64,000 nucleotides of DNA, taken from assembly GCA_965214775.1 (NCBI GenBank), contig OZ243974.1:2272001-2336000 (forward strand), in the 5' to 3' direction. The notes under the pieces were generated by a model. The model was not told where the DNA came from. It saw only the letters and a list, made by a program, of their open reading frames with translations, and did no database searches. Source of the stretch: Nitrosopumilus sp. Lineage in GTDB: Archaea; Thermoproteota; Nitrososphaeria; Nitrososphaerales; Nitrosopumilaceae. The translations under genes and the position numbers were made by a program. Below, one piece after another: positions 1 to 9,489 of this stretch (its first letter is position 1; each line of letters starts with the position of its first letter).

Positions 1-2
1 AG

Positions 3-302
3 GTTTTTCATGGAGAGGCAGCAGCTAGAACTGATTCTTCAGAGCCCCTTGTACAAAATGTCAGGGACGCTGCAGACAAATCATATGGTAGCAGCGGCGG
101 TAAATCCATTCTGAACGTTTCAAATGCTGGAACCGGCCCGATGCATCCCTTTGTTGAAATTCTAAAGGCGCCGTGCATCTCAATTGGCAGCACCTACGTG
201 TTTTCAAGGATACATTCCCCAAACGAATTTGCACGTGTTGATCTGTTGAGAAAGACTACAAAATGCATTTGCCTGATAATGGAAAATTTTGGAAAATCCT
301 AG
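3..302 (+). CDS. M20-family metallopeptidase/deacylase, C-terminal part (runs in from before the window)
   Basis: Manual translation of frame 3 is open to TAG at 300-302: ...NAGTGPMHPF...SIG...RIHSPNEF..., the typical M20 C-terminal H-x-P-N-E motif. Confidence 0.8.
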   Translation, partial: VFHGEAAARTDSSEPLVQNVRDAADKSYGSSGGKSILNVSNAGTGPMHPFVEILKAPCISIGSTYVFSRIHSPNEFARVDLLRKTTKCICLIMENFGKS

Positions 303-715
303 TGAAGGCATCTGGGAATCTTTTTGACTGCTTGAACTAGCGACACTCTTCCTGGACCTGCAATCATGATTACTAGGGATGCTGCAAGCAAGATCACATC
401 GAACTCTACTCCTCTGTCTCCTGTCATGCTTTGGGCCCCCTTGACATGGAAAATTGCGCCTAGCATAACTATGGAAAGCAACGCCCCTGAAAATCTACTA
501 AGAACCCCGATTATCATCAAAACCCCTGGAACCACTTCTGCAAGTGCGATTGGAATTTGCATTTCCGGTGGCAATCCCATGTTTGGCAAGGCGTTTGCAA
601 ACCCTGGATTGAATTTCATCATTCCATGAAGGATAAAGATCACTCCGATAGATGATCTCAAACCCATAAAGACAGCGTCGTTGAGAACCATTGCCTTTAT
701 CTCTGCTGTAGCCAT
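299..715 (-). CDS. DoxX family membrane protein
   Basis: R..IG.IFI.HG..K motif, four hydrophobic segments, C-terminal GPGR.S. Confidence 0.85.
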   Translation of the reverse strand: MATAEIKAMVLNDAVFMGLRSSIGVIFILHGMMKFNPGFANALPNMGLPPEMQIPIALAEVVPGVLMIIGVLSRFSGALLSIVMLGAIFHVKGAQSMTGDRGVEFDVILLAASLVIMIAGPGRVSLVQAVKKIPRCLH

Positions 716-810
716 ACAATGTTGATTATCTTTTCAGTATAATTGTTTTACTCATATATTTATCATATATTGTCGAAAGCCCTTTATTATACAAACAAAA
801 CATTTGAAAT

Positions 811-1407
811 ATGTCAATGTACATGCCGGGGGCAACTGCCGTTGGAATCACTTTTGATGGAGGAGTCGTTTTTGCAAGCGAAAAAAGGATCGCATTTGGA
901 AACTTTCTTGTAAGCAAATCGACCAAAAAGACGTTTCCCATCACTCATAAAGTCGGTGCAACATGTGCCGGACTAGTTGCCGACATGCAAATCCTGTCAC
1001 TACAGATTTCAGCTCTGGCTAAAATCAGAAAAATGGAGCTAAAAAGAGACGTTCCTCCAAATACCGTGGCCAAAATGATGTCAAATATGATGTATGAGAG
1101 ACGATACTTTCCATTATTGACTCAGGTAATTGTCGGCGGTGTTGTAGACAAGCCAATCATGTATACCTTGGATCCCCTGGGTTCGGTTCTGCCAGATGAC
1201 TATGCTGCAGTTGGAACCGGCGCTGAAATGGCATTAGGTGTTTTGGATCCGCAGTTCAAACCAAACATGTCCAAAGACGAGGCAGTCGATTTGGCAAAGC
1301 GCGCAGTCAAATCTGCCTCTTTGAGAGACTCTGCTAGCGGTGATGGCCTGGATGTCCTAGTCATTACAAATGAAGGGACAGAGGAATTTACGGAGCCTAT
1401 CAACTAG
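811..1407 (+). CDS. psmB: Proteasome subunit beta (probably the non-catalytic paralog)
   Basis: Ntn-hydrolase motifs GVVFASEKR, G.VAD.Q, D.LGS, RD.ASGD; N-terminus reads GATAVG rather than GTTTVG. Confidence 0.93.
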   Translation: MSMYMPGATAVGITFDGGVVFASEKRIAFGNFLVSKSTKKTFPITHKVGATCAGLVADMQILSLQISALAKIRKMELKRDVPPNTVAKMMSNMMYERRYFPLLTQVIVGGVVDKPIMYTLDPLGSVLPDDYAAVGTGAEMALGVLDPQFKPNMSKDEAVDLAKRAVKSASLRDSASGDGLDVLVITNEGTEEFTEPIN

Positions 1408-1880
1408 TCATATATGGTTTTTCCAATCTCCCAAAACCTGTCTGATATGTAGTGTAAATTTTTCAAAGCCTCCCCTTTGTCCATTGTTTCTAACTCGGAA
1501 CTAGAAACCATTGATTTTCCCACAGCCAAAAACTTGTGTTGAGATTCTTCAACAACACAAACCAGTCTGTCTTTTTCAAACTCTGAAAAGCTCTTGATGC
1601 CTGGCCTCATTACGTTGGCTCCCTTGCACATGAATTTGACTGCGCCCATGTCTACTATGACGCTTGGGAATTTTTCCAACATCTCTGTTTCTGAAAGAAA
1701 TGGCAGATAATCCTCGTTAATTTTTAAAATTTTTACTCCTCTGCCTGTAATGAGCTGTGCATCATCTGTAATTTGGTGCATCTTGAGATTTTTGTTCTTG
1801 GGAAATTCAATTCCCCATTTTTCTGAGACTGCCTTGGTGAGCGCCAAAGTCTCACTCTTTGAAATCAAATTTGATTTCAA
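1404..1880 (-). CDS. PUA-domain RNA-binding protein (MCT-1/Tma20-like)
   Basis: VDMGAVKF.C.GA.VMRPGI and LHY..D..W motifs. Confidence 0.88.
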   Translation of the reverse strand: MKSNLISKSETLALTKAVSEKWGIEFPKNKNLKMHQITDDAQLITGRGVKILKINEDYLPFLSETEMLEKFPSVIVDMGAVKFMCKGANVMRPGIKSFSEFEKDRLVCVVEESQHKFLAVGKSMVSSSELETMDKGEALKNLHYISDRFWEIGKTIYD

Positions 1881-2887
1881 GTTCCTGCCATCTCTTTTCT
1901 AATGTCTAGCAAGTCTCTCAGAATTGAACTGGCAGTTTCCATGCCTCCGGCGCCCCTGCCGATGATTGTTTGCGTGCCTGAATGCTCAGACGTAAACGCA
2001 ATTGCGTTTAGGGTTCCGTTAACGCCTAACGGATCCTCGTTTGGGACATGGATTGGGCCTACCGTAAGATCTTTGTCACATGATGCAACCAGTTTCACTG
2101 AACAGTTGTCTTTGGCGGCGTTTTTGATGTCGTCAGTTGTGACCCTTCTTATTCCTGTACAATTAATGTCTGGCAACGTAACTTTCATCCCCATGATCCA
2201 ATTTGCCAAGATTACTAGTTTTGCAGCTGCATCCCATCCATCCAAATCCAGTGATTCGTCTGCTTCGACATATCCCCTGTCTTTGGCGTCTTTTAGCGCT
2301 TCATCAAACGACAATCCTGCAGCCATATTTGTCAGGATATAGTTGGTCGTTCCATTTAGAATTCCTGCAAACGATATGATTCTCTCGCCGCTGAGGCTGT
2401 TTTTTGCATAATCCAGAATCGGGGTGCCTCCTCCTACGGTGCCGCTAAATTTGAACATGACCTGGTTGTATGTGGCAAGTTCCATCAGTGATGGAAATGC
2501 AAGTGCCAAGGGCCCCTTGTTCACCGAGATTACGTGCATACCTTTTCTCATTGCAGTTGTAATGTGGGTCATTCCAGGCTCCGCATCCTTGTAATTGCTT
2601 GCAGTTGTCTCAATTAGGACGTCTGCCTCGACATTTTTGAGCATTTCGACTCCTGTCATTGAATTTTTTGTACTTGCATAATTTTTGACGGTTCCAAACT
2701 CTTTCTTTACTTTTACAAGTTTGTTAAATTCCAACCCTGAAGAATCAACGGCACTTCCTTTGCTATCAAAGACCCCTACAACCCTTGGTTTTAACCCGTA
2801 TTTTGCATACAGATCTTCTGCTCTGGAATCAAACAGCTTGACTAGGCTCTGGCCAACAACGCCAAAGCCACATAATATGATCCTCAA
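1877..2887 (-). CDS. hom: Homoserine dehydrogenase
   Basis: GFGVVG Rossmann motif, NKGPLA, GILNGTTNYIL, GY.EAD...D.DG.DAAAK, GRGAGG..TAS. Confidence 0.95.
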   Translation of the reverse strand: MRIILCGFGVVGQSLVKLFDSRAEDLYAKYGLKPRVVGVFDSKGSAVDSSGLEFNKLVKVKKEFGTVKNYASTKNSMTGVEMLKNVEADVLIETTASNYKDAEPGMTHITTAMRKGMHVISVNKGPLALAFPSLMELATYNQVMFKFSGTVGGGTPILDYAKNSLSGERIISFAGILNGTTNYILTNMAAGLSFDEALKDAKDRGYVEADESLDLDGWDAAAKLVILANWIMGMKVTLPDINCTGIRRVTTDDIKNAAKDNCSVKLVASCDKDLTVGPIHVPNEDPLGVNGTLNAIAFTSEHSGTQTIIGRGAGGMETASSILRDLLDIRKEMAGT

Positions 2888-2966
2888 ACCGTATCATCAT
2901 TCCTTTTGATTGTGATTGATTTGTTCATTGCGTGGCCTCGATTTTCTTATCATTGATGGTGTTTTA

Positions 2967-3416
2967 TTAATAATTTTTGGATTGGGATGTTGTTTCTTCC
3001 CCTTCCCCTTCCCCTCCCCCTTCATCCTTTTCATGTCTGAGGGAAATTGAATTGATGCAATATCTCAAATTTGTTGGATTTGGCCCGTCATCAAACACAT
3101 GTCCAAGATGTGCCCCGCACTTGCTGCAGTTTACTTCTGTGCGCACCATTCCGTATGATGTGTCAGAGACGTACTCGATTTTTTCATCATCAATCGGTTT
3201 CCAAAAGCTTGGCCACCCTGAACCCGAATCAAATTTTGATTCAGACGAAAACAACTCTTCCCCGCAGCATGTGCACTTGTAGGATCCTTCTAGTTTGGTA
3301 TGGTTGTATTTTCCAGAGAATGGTGGCTCTGTTCCGTGATTGATACAGATCTCGTATTGATCAGGAGTAAGCTCTTTTTTCCACTGGTCCGGGGATTTGG
3401 AAATTTTCTCTGCCAT
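2967..3416 (-). CDS. msrB: Peptide-methionine (R)-S-oxide reductase
   Basis: [35 protein letters not shown] motifs. Confidence 0.97.
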   Translation of the reverse strand: MAEKISKSPDQWKKELTPDQYEICINHGTEPPFSGKYNHTKLEGSYKCTCCGEELFSSESKFDSGSGWPSFWKPIDDEKIEYVSDTSYGMVRTEVNCSKCGAHLGHVFDDGPNPTNLRYCINSISLRHEKDEGGGEGEGEETTSQSKNY

Positions 3417-4085
3417 GGTAGTTTGATGTAGGCTTTGGCGTATTAGACTTTATGCGTAATCGACCGTGATTAAAAATTCCGTAGGCTTTTCCAAACGCAA
3501 ATGCGCTGATCGGATCAAATTACCGCATGCATCTCGTGTCATGACGCACGTAAAAGCCAGTTGCGCCAAAAGAACGTGCGCAACCATGCAGCACGGCAAT
3601 GTGCCCCGTTGACAAGTCAGAAAGAATGGCGGTCCGTACCGCCGTATGTCATGTGTCTGGCAGCAGATGCAGCTGCTGCAGCAGCTGGCCATAGTATTTT
3701 TTCCTTTTCAACATCGTCTTGAGGTTCTCAAGACCCGTGATTATCTGCATGAAATAATTGAGATCCTTGGCAGTTCCGCCAAACGGCATGGTAAGAATGC
3801 CATATCTTTTGAGCCGCCCTATGTGGTGCTCCACCCTGACGCGAACCCTGCTTATCTGCTTGCGGCGCCTCTTTTGCGTTGCAGTAAGATCCCCGTCCCT
3901 GGGCTTCTTTGGGGGCTGCCTGTTAGTCAATTCATAAAAAAACGAACAATTTTGACAACTGCTTTTGATCCAAACATTAAGATCAGGCAAACCATCGCAC
4001 ATGCATGGGAAAACAGGTAGAATTCGCAACATCAAGGGACAAATTCCTAGGCAAGCAAAGCACTCACGTCTTCGCAAGGCGTACT

Positions 4086-4218
4086 AGACCCGACAGTATG
4101 GAACACGACAGTTGTTGTGGCAGTAGTTAATTCGTGCATGGGGGGTTTGACATACTGCCACACAAGACCCGACAGTATGGAACACGACAGTTGTTGTTGC
4201 TGCTGCTGCTGCAGTAGT
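4086..4218. repeat. Direct repeat pair (33-bp exact core, period 79 bp) with a TGC expansion in the second unit
   Basis: AGACCCGACAGTATGGAACACGACAGTTGTTGT at 4086-4118 and 4165-4197, each followed by ...GCAGTAGT. Confidence 0.9.
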
Positions 4219-5327
4219 CAGCCCATCAAATATCGGAACATCTTTACCGGTAGGATCTCTCCACTGGCAAACATCTTCCGCACGGACTGCTCCATCTCAT
4301 CAAGCGTATCAAACATCTTGGCAGACAGCCTCCGCTTTATCTCCCTCCACTGTATCTCTACAGGATTGAGCTCCGGCGTGTGCGGCGGCAGGTACTTCAG
4401 TATTATCTCGCCCTTGTACTTTTCCAGCATCTCCCTTACGCCGACAGACTTGTGGTATGACGCATTATCCAGGAATATCAACACCTTTCCGTACTTTTCG
4501 TGCACCTTTTCCAAAAAGTCGCAAAAGCTGTCGGTGTTGGTCTTGTCATAGAACATATAGTAGAATATGTTAACTGCCAGCACGCCGAACATGTACCGGC
4601 GCTGCCGTGACAGCGTCAAGGGCGCCGTGACGCTCATGCCGCGCCTGAGCCACCCGTGTTTGGGGCTGTTTGAGGTCTTTTGTATGGATGACTCGTCTTC
4701 TGCCAGTACCGTATACCCTTGCGCCTCCTTTTCCCGTATCAGCTCTTGGGATGCCTCCTTGAACTCGTTCTGCTTTTGTTTTGAGACGGCCTTTGGGTTC
4801 TTTGGCCTCGGCTTCCTCCATGAGAACCCAAGCTCGCGTGCCAGCAGCCGCGTGCCGCTCTTGCTGTATTCTATGCCGAACTTCTTTTTGATGTGCCGTC
4901 TCATCAGGCCCGAGTCCCACAGGCTGCTCTCAAAACCGCACTCCTCGGATCCTGACTTGAGATCCGCTGCAAGCTGTTTCAGCTGCGACTCACTCAGCTT
5001 GTGCTTGCGTCCCCTGCCTGGCCGCTCGTGCCTTGCACGTATTCCCTCGTCCTGTGCGCGGATGAGCCACTTGGATATGGTGGAATGTGCCCGGTCGAGG
5101 TTCTTTGCTATCTGTTCCACACCGAGGTCGTCCTTGCGCTGCATGTATGCAAGCAGCCTGTCGCGCTTTCTCTTGTCTGTCTCCTTTTTGTATGCCTTGT
5201 GCAGGTAGGAGCGTGACGTATTTGGCAGGAATTTGCTTCCTGATGCTACGAATTCCTTTCTCTGTCTGTCCATGCATATGCGTATTCCTTGCCTGATCTT
5301 AATGTTTGGATCAAAAATAGTTGTCAA
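4218..5327 (-). CDS. IS630-family transposase (true start may be an internal ATG near 5273)
   Basis: HTH region, GFSWRKPRP, DES, DNASYH, LPPHTPELNPVE.QW DDE motifs; single reading frame. Confidence 0.92.
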   Translation of the reverse strand: MTTIFDPNIKIRQGIRICMDRQRKEFVASGSKFLPNTSRSYLHKAYKKETDKRKRDRLLAYMQRKDDLGVEQIAKNLDRAHSTISKWLIRAQDEGIRARHERPGRGRKHKLSESQLKQLAADLKSGSEECGFESSLWDSGLMRRHIKKKFGIEYSKSGTRLLARELGFSWRKPRPKNPKAVSKQKQNEFKEASQELIREKEAQGYTVLAEDESSIQKTSNSPKHGWLRRGMSVTAPLTLSRQRRYMFGVLAVNIFYYMFYDKTNTDSFCDFLEKVHEKYGKVLIFLDNASYHKSVGVREMLEKYKGEIILKYLPPHTPELNPVEIQWREIKRRLSAKMFDTLDEMEQSVRKMFASGEILPVKMFRYLMG

Positions 5328-6454
5328 AATTGTTCTTTTTTTTATATGTTGACTATGTGTATGGCGCCCGGAAGCATCTTTTGAATGCCCTCAAATCCCA
5401 GGTCGCTGTAAATCACAAACGCCTCTTCCGGATCGTCTGCGTTTTTTGCATTCCTCATTGATCCGGTGTGCCTTCCAAAGTCCGGGCCGCCCCCTGCGTT
5501 CATCACGCCCTTGTCGTTGACGCTTCCGTCCACAGTCTTGCCGCAGTGCAGTATGAGGCCGTCCAGGTTCGAGGTAATTATCGTGTTGAACATGTGCCGC
5601 TTTTTTCTTCCCGAATATCTGGTCTTTCTTGCGGTCCTGTCCCCGGGCCTGTCTACCGGAGTCAGGGTGCCGTCAATCAGGAGCGTCTTTTTTGGGATCA
5701 GCACCTCCTCCAGCTTGCCTGCCGGGGTCTTGCAGATGATGCTTGTTAGCTTTTCGGAGGCAGGCAGGAGCCGGCGCAGTAACACGGCACCGTACCGGAG
5801 GTACCTGGACATTGTGGACTGGTCGACGTCAAACGTTGCGGCCAGATGATGCTGCGTTGCCTTGGTCCTTATGCTCATGAGTACTGCAAGCAGCGCGTGC
5901 CTGATGTACAGTTTGCACCGGTTTCCGGCATCGCCGCCTCTTACGTCGTCCTCCCAGAACAGGGGTCTGTCCTCGTCGTCCATGACTTCTTCCGTAAAGC
6001 GCTCCAGTATGATCGTAAATGACTCCTTTGTGCATCCCGTGACGTTGCAAAGGCGCACCGGATCGCCGATTATGCCGTCTGCAACCTCGATTGCGTGCAT
6101 CCGCAGAGGCGTCCCGCCGCGCACGACTCTTTTTGTCTTGTTTTCTTCGGACTGCCACAACGAGTCCTCAAACGCAAGCTGCTTCCTCATACGCTCGTTT
6201 TGCTTGGACATCTGTTTGTTTTGCTTGGATACCTGCTCGTGTTGCTCGACTAGCATCTCGTGTTGCTCGACTAGCATCTCGTGTTGCGCTTGTAACGCTT
6301 GAAATGCTTGGAGAGTCTTGTCATTTGAGCCCATACAGTTAGGGAATCATACAGATCTTTAGGGTTGTTGGTGTGCAAATAATGATCTATTGTGTCGTAT
6401 TTTTAGATCAGATGGGCCGATTACGCATAAAGTCTATTAGAACATTCTTCTATT

Positions 6455-8110
6455 TTATCTTCTTTGTCTCTTCCCTGTCTTTGTCTCTTTTCTTTTCTCT
6501 TCGGTTCTTTTTTCTGACTCGAATCTTTCCAAATCATATTCCTTCAAATCTACAAATTTCATTATCTGGCTTAGTTTTGGATGAACCCTGTCAATCTGGT
6601 GATACATTTGTTGAACAACTCTCCTGTAGTCTGCATGTCCCTGAGGAACGGTTCGTAATTCAATCAAGTGACATGCTTCTCTTAAATTGAATTTCATAAA
6701 ATATGGATAATTGTATGCAAAGTTTACAACATACTGCCCTTGCTCTGGATGTTTTTTTCTAATTTTTTCAAACGCATTTTTGGTATTGTCCATGCATTCC
6801 TTGAATTCTTTTTCTATTCCTAAAACCCTGATCTCATCTGGCATGTTGTATCCGTGGTCTGTAGTCAGCAACTGCCTTTCAAGCGTCAATACCCTGTGCC
6901 TGTGAAGATCCCTGAACATCCCAAAATTATTGCACAAATCAAACGTATAGTATACGCTTTCAAACGCCCTTGATGGCCTATGCCTCCTATTTGTTCGAAG
7001 CCCTGCAAACTCTTTGATGATTTTCTCTTTTTTAGAGACTGGCATCTTTTTTACCTGGGATAAGATATTTTGATATGATGTGCTTGGCGATTGCTCATAG
7101 ATTATGCCTGTAATGATTTTGTCAATTGCATTTTTTTCAGGCTCACAATCCACTAATTTTGTGATTGTCCCCTTGCTCGGGCTTGATTTAATCTGTTTTG
7201 AGACTGAGGCTGACTTTCTTTTGATGTCTCTTAGGTATTTTTGAAACGCTTTTCCGTATTCGCTGTCAACACGTCTGACAAATGACTTTATTGTCGCGTC
7301 AAGTTCTTTTTTGATTTTTGAGGCCAATTCCTGCTCTTCTTTGAGTTCAGATGAGCCTAAAACGGTTAGCAGATACTCAAAAGCTCTTCCGTTGCCTGTG
7401 ATCCCCACATTTGTCAAAGTCGATGCCGGCAGCAATCCTCTTAGGATATCAAGTGCTTTTGCTTTTGTCGAACCCTTGTAAATCATGTTTGCTGATTTGA
7501 TGTCACCTGCAACTTTTAATTTTGAGAAACTTTTTTCTTTTCCGTCCGTAGAATCCATGAAACCGTATTTTTCAATAGGATGCCTTTCCCGAACGTAGCT
7601 TACCATCGGCTCTATGTTTTTTGAATAAACATCAAATGAAAAATTACAAGCTTCCTCATACAAATCTCCAAACTTGGACTTTGTCAAATCGGGATCTCTG
7701 TAAAATCTATACCTTCCTTTTTCTTTTTTATTCCAAGCTACGTACCTTGATGATTTTTCCAAATATGACAGGCCGATCCTTCTGTCTTGAATTTTTTTTA
7801 CGGCAATGTTTGTCAGTCCCTCGATTGCGATTTGAGCTTCGCCAAGCTCTGAAACTGAGTCGTCGCCATATTCCAGCAGGACTCGATTGTAAAACTCTTC
7901 GCCCCTGTTTTTGTTTTTTAAAAACTCATCAAGAAAGATCCTTCTCATGCTTTTGTCCGTTCTGCTGTATCTTGACATGAGCGCACCTCGATCTACCTGC
8001 CTTGGCGTAGTGATTGCAAAAACACTGCCGTCAGTATTTGAAAAATGATCGGATAGAATGCTTCTTTCTTTGTTTGAAAATTCTGACAACATTAAAGCCA
8101 GGCTCTTCAA
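6455..8110 (-). CDS. thyX: FAD-dependent thymidylate synthase, two-domain form (start probably near 8092)
   Basis: [34 protein letters not shown] motifs. Confidence 0.9.
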   Translation of the reverse strand: MKSLALMLSEFSNKERSILSDHFSNTDGSVFAITTPRQVDRGALMSRYSRTDKSMRRIFLDEFLKNKNRGEEFYNRVLLEYGDDSVSELGEAQIAIEGLTNIAVKKIQDRRIGLSYLEKSSRYVAWNKKEKGRYRFYRDPDLTKSKFGDLYEEACNFSFDVYSKNIEPMVSYVRERHPIEKYGFMDSTDGKEKSFSKLKVAGDIKSANMIYKGSTKAKALDILRGLLPASTLTNVGITGNGRAFEYLLTVLGSSELKEEQELASKIKKELDATIKSFVRRVDSEYGKAFQKYLRDIKRKSASVSKQIKSSPSKGTITKLVDCEPEKNAIDKIITGIIYEQSPSTSYQNILSQVKKMPVSKKEKIIKEFAGLRTNRRHRPSRAFESVYYTFDLCNNFGMFRDLHRHRVLTLERQLLTTDHGYNMPDEIRVLGIEKEFKECMDNTKNAFEKIRKKHPEQGQYVVNFAYNYPYFMKFNLREACHLIELRTVPQGHADYRRVVQQMYHQIDRVHPKLSQIMKFVDLKEYDLERFESEKRTEEKRKETKTGKRQRR

Positions 8111-8120
8111 TTATTAAATT

Positions 8121-8414
8121 CTATTTCTTTTTTCTTCCAATCTGGATTAGATCAGGACCGCCCTTGTCGATTTCGTTTCCCTTTTGCTGCCATCTGAACA
8201 AAACCTGTTTGAATGCCTCGGCGTCTTCCGGGTTTTCAGTATACATTGCAGTTGTAACCCAGTACCCGCCCTTGACAGTTCTTCCTCCAACGGAGTTCAT
8301 CCAGAAATCCCTTGGCAGGCCCTCTAATGCCTTGCTGTTTGGATCCTTTGTGACTTCGATCCATCTGTTTGCAATAAAGTCCAAAATCTGCTTGATTTCT
8401 TCTCTTTGAATCAT
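8121..8414 (-). CDS. Hypothetical protein
   Basis: 97-aa ATG ORF with host-like composition directly upstream of thyX. Confidence 0.7.
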   Translation of the reverse strand: MIQREEIKQILDFIANRWIEVTKDPNSKALEGLPRDFWMNSVGGRTVKGGYWVTTAMYTENPEDAEAFKQVLFRWQQKGNEIDKGGPDLIQIGRKKK

Positions 8415-8545
8415 GAGCCTAAGCCGTATCTTTCTAAATTTTAAAATTTCTAATTTGGCCGGTTTGAGTTGGTAAAAATTAACTCACTAAAATCAAAAAC
8501 ATTTCTTACACTTTGTCGGTTATACAAATCCCTAAACCATTTGGC

Positions 8546-9430
8546 ATGACCCACGACGATATCGAGATAATCGGTAAAAACGTCAAAGACATGTACGGAA
8601 CATTCATGGGCAAAGTCGCTGGAACCATAACTGACATCGATGGCAGCATCCAATCTGTCGGAGTTGACTATGGCGCTCAAGGATTACAGCATATCCAATA
8701 CGAGCAGCTGGTAGTTCAAAACGATGTTGTTATCTACATTCCGAGATGGAGACTTGACTCTCAGAGACTCATTCGTGAAAAACAACTAACTTTACGCCGT
8801 CTAAAAGCACTGATTGATATTGTTTCTGAAAACGACGATATGAAATCTGACGCAGAAATCATTCATCAAAGATACAAGTCAAAACTTGTGGAACTAGATG
8901 AGACGGAAGGCAAAATCAAGGCCAAACTTGAGGCAAGATTGGCAGAGTTGGATGAACAAATGAAGTCTGCAAAGATGCTAGTGTTTGATGCAAAAGTACA
9001 GTTCAAGAGCAATGAAATTTCAGAGGCAACATTTGAGACCGTGAAATCATGCACAAACGATGTAATTGAGCATGTTGATCACGAAGTCGCAGAAATTGCC
9101 AATGTGAAAAGCAGAATTGCTGATCTTGAATTGGAAGTTCAAGAACTGACAACACCTCCACAGCAAAACATCCAAGAATCTGCCGTTTCATATCTGGAGA
9201 CTTCTTCTGAGCCACAACAAGTAGTTCAGGCAATACTTCCAGAAGCGCCAACAGAACCTGTCACGATACCTTCAGAACCGACCAAGGTAGAGGCAACTGC
9301 AGCCATGCCGGAGCCTCCGTCTGAATCTGAAGTTACATCCGCATTTCCAGAACCGCCCCAACAGGTGACCCCGGAAACTACAAAGGACAACAATGACAAC
9401 GACTGGCTTGCTAGAATGGAAGCACAATAA
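8546..9430 (+). CDS. cdvA: Cell division protein CdvA
   Basis: N-terminal PRC-barrel-like IGK.VKD.YG..GKV, central coiled coil, Pro/Glu-rich tail; ATG at 8546 preferred over 8513. Confidence 0.88.
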   Translation: MTHDDIEIIGKNVKDMYGTFMGKVAGTITDIDGSIQSVGVDYGAQGLQHIQYEQLVVQNDVVIYIPRWRLDSQRLIREKQLTLRRLKALIDIVSENDDMKSDAEIIHQRYKSKLVELDETEGKIKAKLEARLAELDEQMKSAKMLVFDAKVQFKSNEISEATFETVKSCTNDVIEHVDHEVAEIANVKSRIADLELEVQELTTPPQQNIQESAVSYLETSSEPQQVVQAILPEAPTEPVTIPSEPTKVEATAAMPEPPSESEVTSAFPEPPQQVTPETTKDNNDNDWLARMEAQ

Positions 9431-9489
9431 TTTTTTTTAACTTATTTTTTCTTTAACATTTAGAAAGCACAACCTTCCACACTTTTTTG

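Larger units (their letters stand above)
3924..5355 (-). mobile_element. IS630-type composite element with two inverted left ends
   Basis: Starts TAGTCAA and ends TTGACTA; TGT duplicated (3921-3923, 5356-5358) relative to the uninterrupted copies; about 160-bp imperfect terminal inverted homology. Confidence 0.88.
3649..6334 (-). pseudogene. ISL2-type transposase split by the nested insertion (5359-6334 and 3649-3923)
   Basis: Both halves match the intact 416-aa protein at 18248-19498; break at PGAIH|RQPPKK. Confidence 0.93.
3445..6435 (-). mobile_element. IS5-family (ISL2-group/DDE_Tnp_4) element, copy 1, interrupted by an IS630-type composite
   Basis: 18-bp TIR AGACTTTATGCGTAATCG at both ends, ATT duplicated (3442-3444, 6436-6438); removing the nested insert and its TSD gives 1556 bp, the same as copy 2. 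Confidence 0.95.

Noticed and set aside
8546-9430. cdvA without adjacent cdvB/cdvC
   Set aside because: Dispersed cdv genes are already known in Nitrosopumilus-type genomes.
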